DNA of 64,000 nucleotides from Candidatus Collierbacteria bacterium RIFOXYD2_FULL_45_13 (GTDB lineage Bacteria; Patescibacteriota; Microgenomatia; UBA1400; MFAQ01): NCBI GenBank assembly GCA_001774685.1, contig MFAS01000001.1, positions 415,557 to 479,556 of the forward strand, read 5' to 3'. Shown piece by piece: positions 62,152 to 64,000 of this stretch (position 1 is its first letter; each line of letters starts with the position of its first letter). The notes under the pieces were generated by a model. It saw only the letters and a program-made list of their open reading frames with translations, ran no database searches and was not told where the DNA came from. The position numbers and the translations under genes were made by a program.

Positions 62152-64000
62152 ATGAAGCAAAAGATATCGAAGAAAATCCTCTCCGTTATTCTAACGTTCA
62201 ATCTTGTCCTACAATCCTTCTCACCTTTCTTGGTTTCACCTGTCTACGCTGACGATTCGACTCCATCTGCCACTCCTACTGAAGAAGTTACTCCCACTGT
62301 CGACCCTACCCCTACCGAAGAAATTACTCCTACACCAGAAATCACTCCCGAAGTTACTCCCACTGTCGAACCGACACCTACTCCAACAGTTGAAATCACT
62401 CCGACGCCAGATATTACTCCTGAAATTACTCCCATTCCCACCGACGCCATCGTTCCCGATGAAACTCCTACTCCCACCGTTGAGATAACCCCGACTTTCG
62501 AAGTAACCCCTACTACCGAGCCCACCATTGCCGACGAACCATCTTCCAACACCGATTCTCATGCTCCTCCGGCTTCAGACACTACTACTAATAGTACCGA
62601 CACCTCTTCTACCACCATTCCTGAATCTGTTACCGTCGCCACCCAACTTTCCCAAGCCCTTCTACCACAGCCCACCCTCACCTCCGACAAAGCCGACTAT
62701 TTCCCCACCGACATTGCATATATCTACGGAACAGGTTTTAATTCCGGAGAAACTTACACTCTCCACATAATCTCTTCCGACATGCCCATGGTTTCTTTCA
62801 AAGACGAGGTCACGGCCGATGAAAACGGCATGTTCACCTACGCCTACCAGCTCGACGGCCACTACCGTCCCAATTACTCCGTCGATGCCCTCGACGCCTC
62901 GGAAACAATTGTCGCTACTTACACATTTACCGACGCAGCCAAAATTACTGCCAAAAGTCATGACGGCGAAATGTCTGATGGAGCATATGCTGGGGGAAAT
63001 GTCACCACTTATTCAGAGGGGGACTACATAAATTTCCGCTTCAATGTAGAGACGAAGGACAGCCCCACCAGTGGTCAAGTTCAAGTTCGGTTTACTGGTG
63101 ATGACGGTACTTGTTTATTTTTCGACAACTATTTTTCATTAGGGTCTATCGTTAATGTTTCCGGTACCAGTCCGACCATCACTTATTCCAGCGGTCCGAC
63201 GGCCGACAGTTTTGGAACCTCAAACGGTGAGTGGATTGTCGTTTTGAATGCCAGCTCAACTTCCAATGGAGAAGCCACTGTGTATTACACTCTCAAACTC
63301 TCTGATGAAGCTGGTCAATGCAACGGTTCGTCTCAACATAGCCGCCTAAATCCTGGTGGTGGTGATGTTGCTCAGCAGGGAGCACAAAACGTTCCTGTTC
63401 CTGCCAATCAAGTTATTGAACTCCCCGAGATCACCGTTACCAAGATGATTGATCGGGATGGAAACGGATCTTTTGAATCCACAGCTTTGGCTAGCGAATT
63501 CTCTTTTACTCTGGACGGAACAACCACCCTAAATACAAACTCCAGCGGTCAAGTCACTTTTGTCAACGTAGTCCCCGATGGCAGTCACTCAATTACTGAA
63601 AGCCAAGTTGATTTTTCGCAGGGAACTTACTCTTTCGCTTCCGGAACTGGAACAAACTGTACCTTTGCCGACGGCACCGCCACTGCGGTTATCGCGGCCG
63701 GAACCACCCCTACCAACGCATCTTGTACTTTTAACAATGCCCGCAACACAGGCAGTCTTCAAGTTCTCAAAAATGTAGATCTTAACGGCGACGGTGATTA
63801 CACCGATGAGGGAGAAACCGGATCTACTGCTTGGACTTGGGATATCACTGGCGGTGAACAGGATATAGCCACTGGCCAAACAAAAACCCTCACTACCGGT
63901 GACTACACTATTTCCGAAGACGGACAAACAGACTTTAGTCTCGTAAGTTGGTCATGTTCAGATGATTCAAGAGGAATTACAAATTCTATTCCAGTTACCA
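62152..64000 (+). CDS. Large secreted cell-surface protein, 5' partial at window end (PT-rich tandem repeats + SdrD/SpaA-like beta-sandwich domains)
   Basis: ATG 62152. Signal 'ILSVILTFNLVLQSFSPFLVSPVYA'. Tandem 'TPT(V/E)E(V/I)TP' units with ~30-nt imperfect DNA repeats at 62270-62500. Later 'LKNVDLNGDGDYTDEGE' resembles B-type repeat domains. Open to the window end, so not in the ORF track. Confidence 0.6.
   Translation, partial: MKQKISKKILSVILTFNLVLQSFSPFLVSPVYADDSTPSATPTEEVTPTVDPTPTEEITPTPEITPEVTPTVEPTPTPTVEITPTPDITPEITPIPTDAIVPDETPTPTVEITPTFEVTPTTEPTIADEPSSNTDSHAPPASDTTTNSTDTSSTTIPESVTVATQLSQALLPQPTLTSDKADYFPTDIAYIYGTGFNSGETYTLHIISSDMPMVSFKDEVTADENGMFTYAYQLDGHYRPNYSVDALDASETIVATYTFTDAAKITAKSHDGEMSDGAYAGGNVTTYSEGDYINFRFNVETKDSPTSGQVQVRFTGDDGTCLFFDNYFSLGSIVNVSGTSPTITYSSGPTADSFGTSNGEWIVVLNASSTSNGEATVYYTLKLSDEAGQCNGSSQHSRLNPGGGDVAQQGAQNVPVPANQVIELPEITVTKMIDRDGNGSFESTALASEFSFTLDGTTTLNTNSSGQVTFVNVVPDGSHSITESQVDFSQGTYSFASGTGTNCTFADGTATAVIAAGTTPTNASCTFNNARNTGSLQVLKNVDLNGDGDYTDEGETGSTAWTWDITGGEQDIATGQTKTLTTGDYTISEDGQTDFSLVSWSCSDDSRGITNSIPVT

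Noticed and set aside
1-64000. CRISPR arrays, integrases, transposases or prophage structural genes
   Set aside because: There are no regularly spaced identical repeats and no recombinase or transposase-like ORFs. The dispersed repeat family is irregularly spaced and its cores are not spacer-like.

Overview
This 64 kb window is a gene-dense stretch of a small-genome bacterium with mixed-strand short operons and AT-rich intergenic regions. I infer, but have not proven, that the gene content resembles a Patescibacteria/CPR-like lineage.

Recognisable housekeeping genes include lgt, proS, serS, secA, prfB, greA, ftsE-ftsX, nfo, tsaE and tsaB-like. prfB is a single uninterrupted frame encoding RF2 with SPF and GGQ motifs, so the code is standard and there is no frameshift. 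Also present are a cyclophilin PPIase lipoprotein, an S11 D-Ala-D-Ala carboxypeptidase, a SpoU rRNA methyltransferase, two Nudix hydrolases (one NrtR-like), an IU-nucleoside hydrolase, S1C and S8 proteases, an HrpA-like DEAH helicase, an MFS transporter, an ABC exporter and a MacAB-like efflux trio. Three tRNAs lie on the minus strand (Trp-CCA, Arg-UCU, Glu-CUC), plus one tRNA-like fragment. About half of the ORFs are small hypothetical membrane or secreted proteins, including PT-rich surface proteins.

The observations most worth a second look are:
1. A dispersed 35-65 bp repeat family in 7 copies (GTCATTGCGAG...GGCAATCTCACTCCAC). Three or four copies sit in-frame inside gene 3' ends, including ftsE.
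2. A candidate ~290 nt structured ncRNA between the helicase and the PcsB-like gene, bracketed by a consensus sigma70 promoter and an intrinsic terminator.
3. A three-gene operon of unknown function headed by an Mrr-like PD-(D/E)xK nuclease (54591-57376).
4. An AT-rich four-gene islet containing a caspase-fold protein, wedged between a palindrome-rich hotspot and tRNA-Glu plus a tRNA fragment.
5. A leaderless 41-codon leader ORF plus terminator upstream of the ABC exporter.
6. A T-box-like leader upstream of serS.
7. A convergent pair of TIR-like genes.
8. An ftsE-ftsX-(coiled-coil + CHAP/C39-like peptidase) module analogous to FtsEX-PcsB.

No CRISPR array, integrase or transposase was seen.
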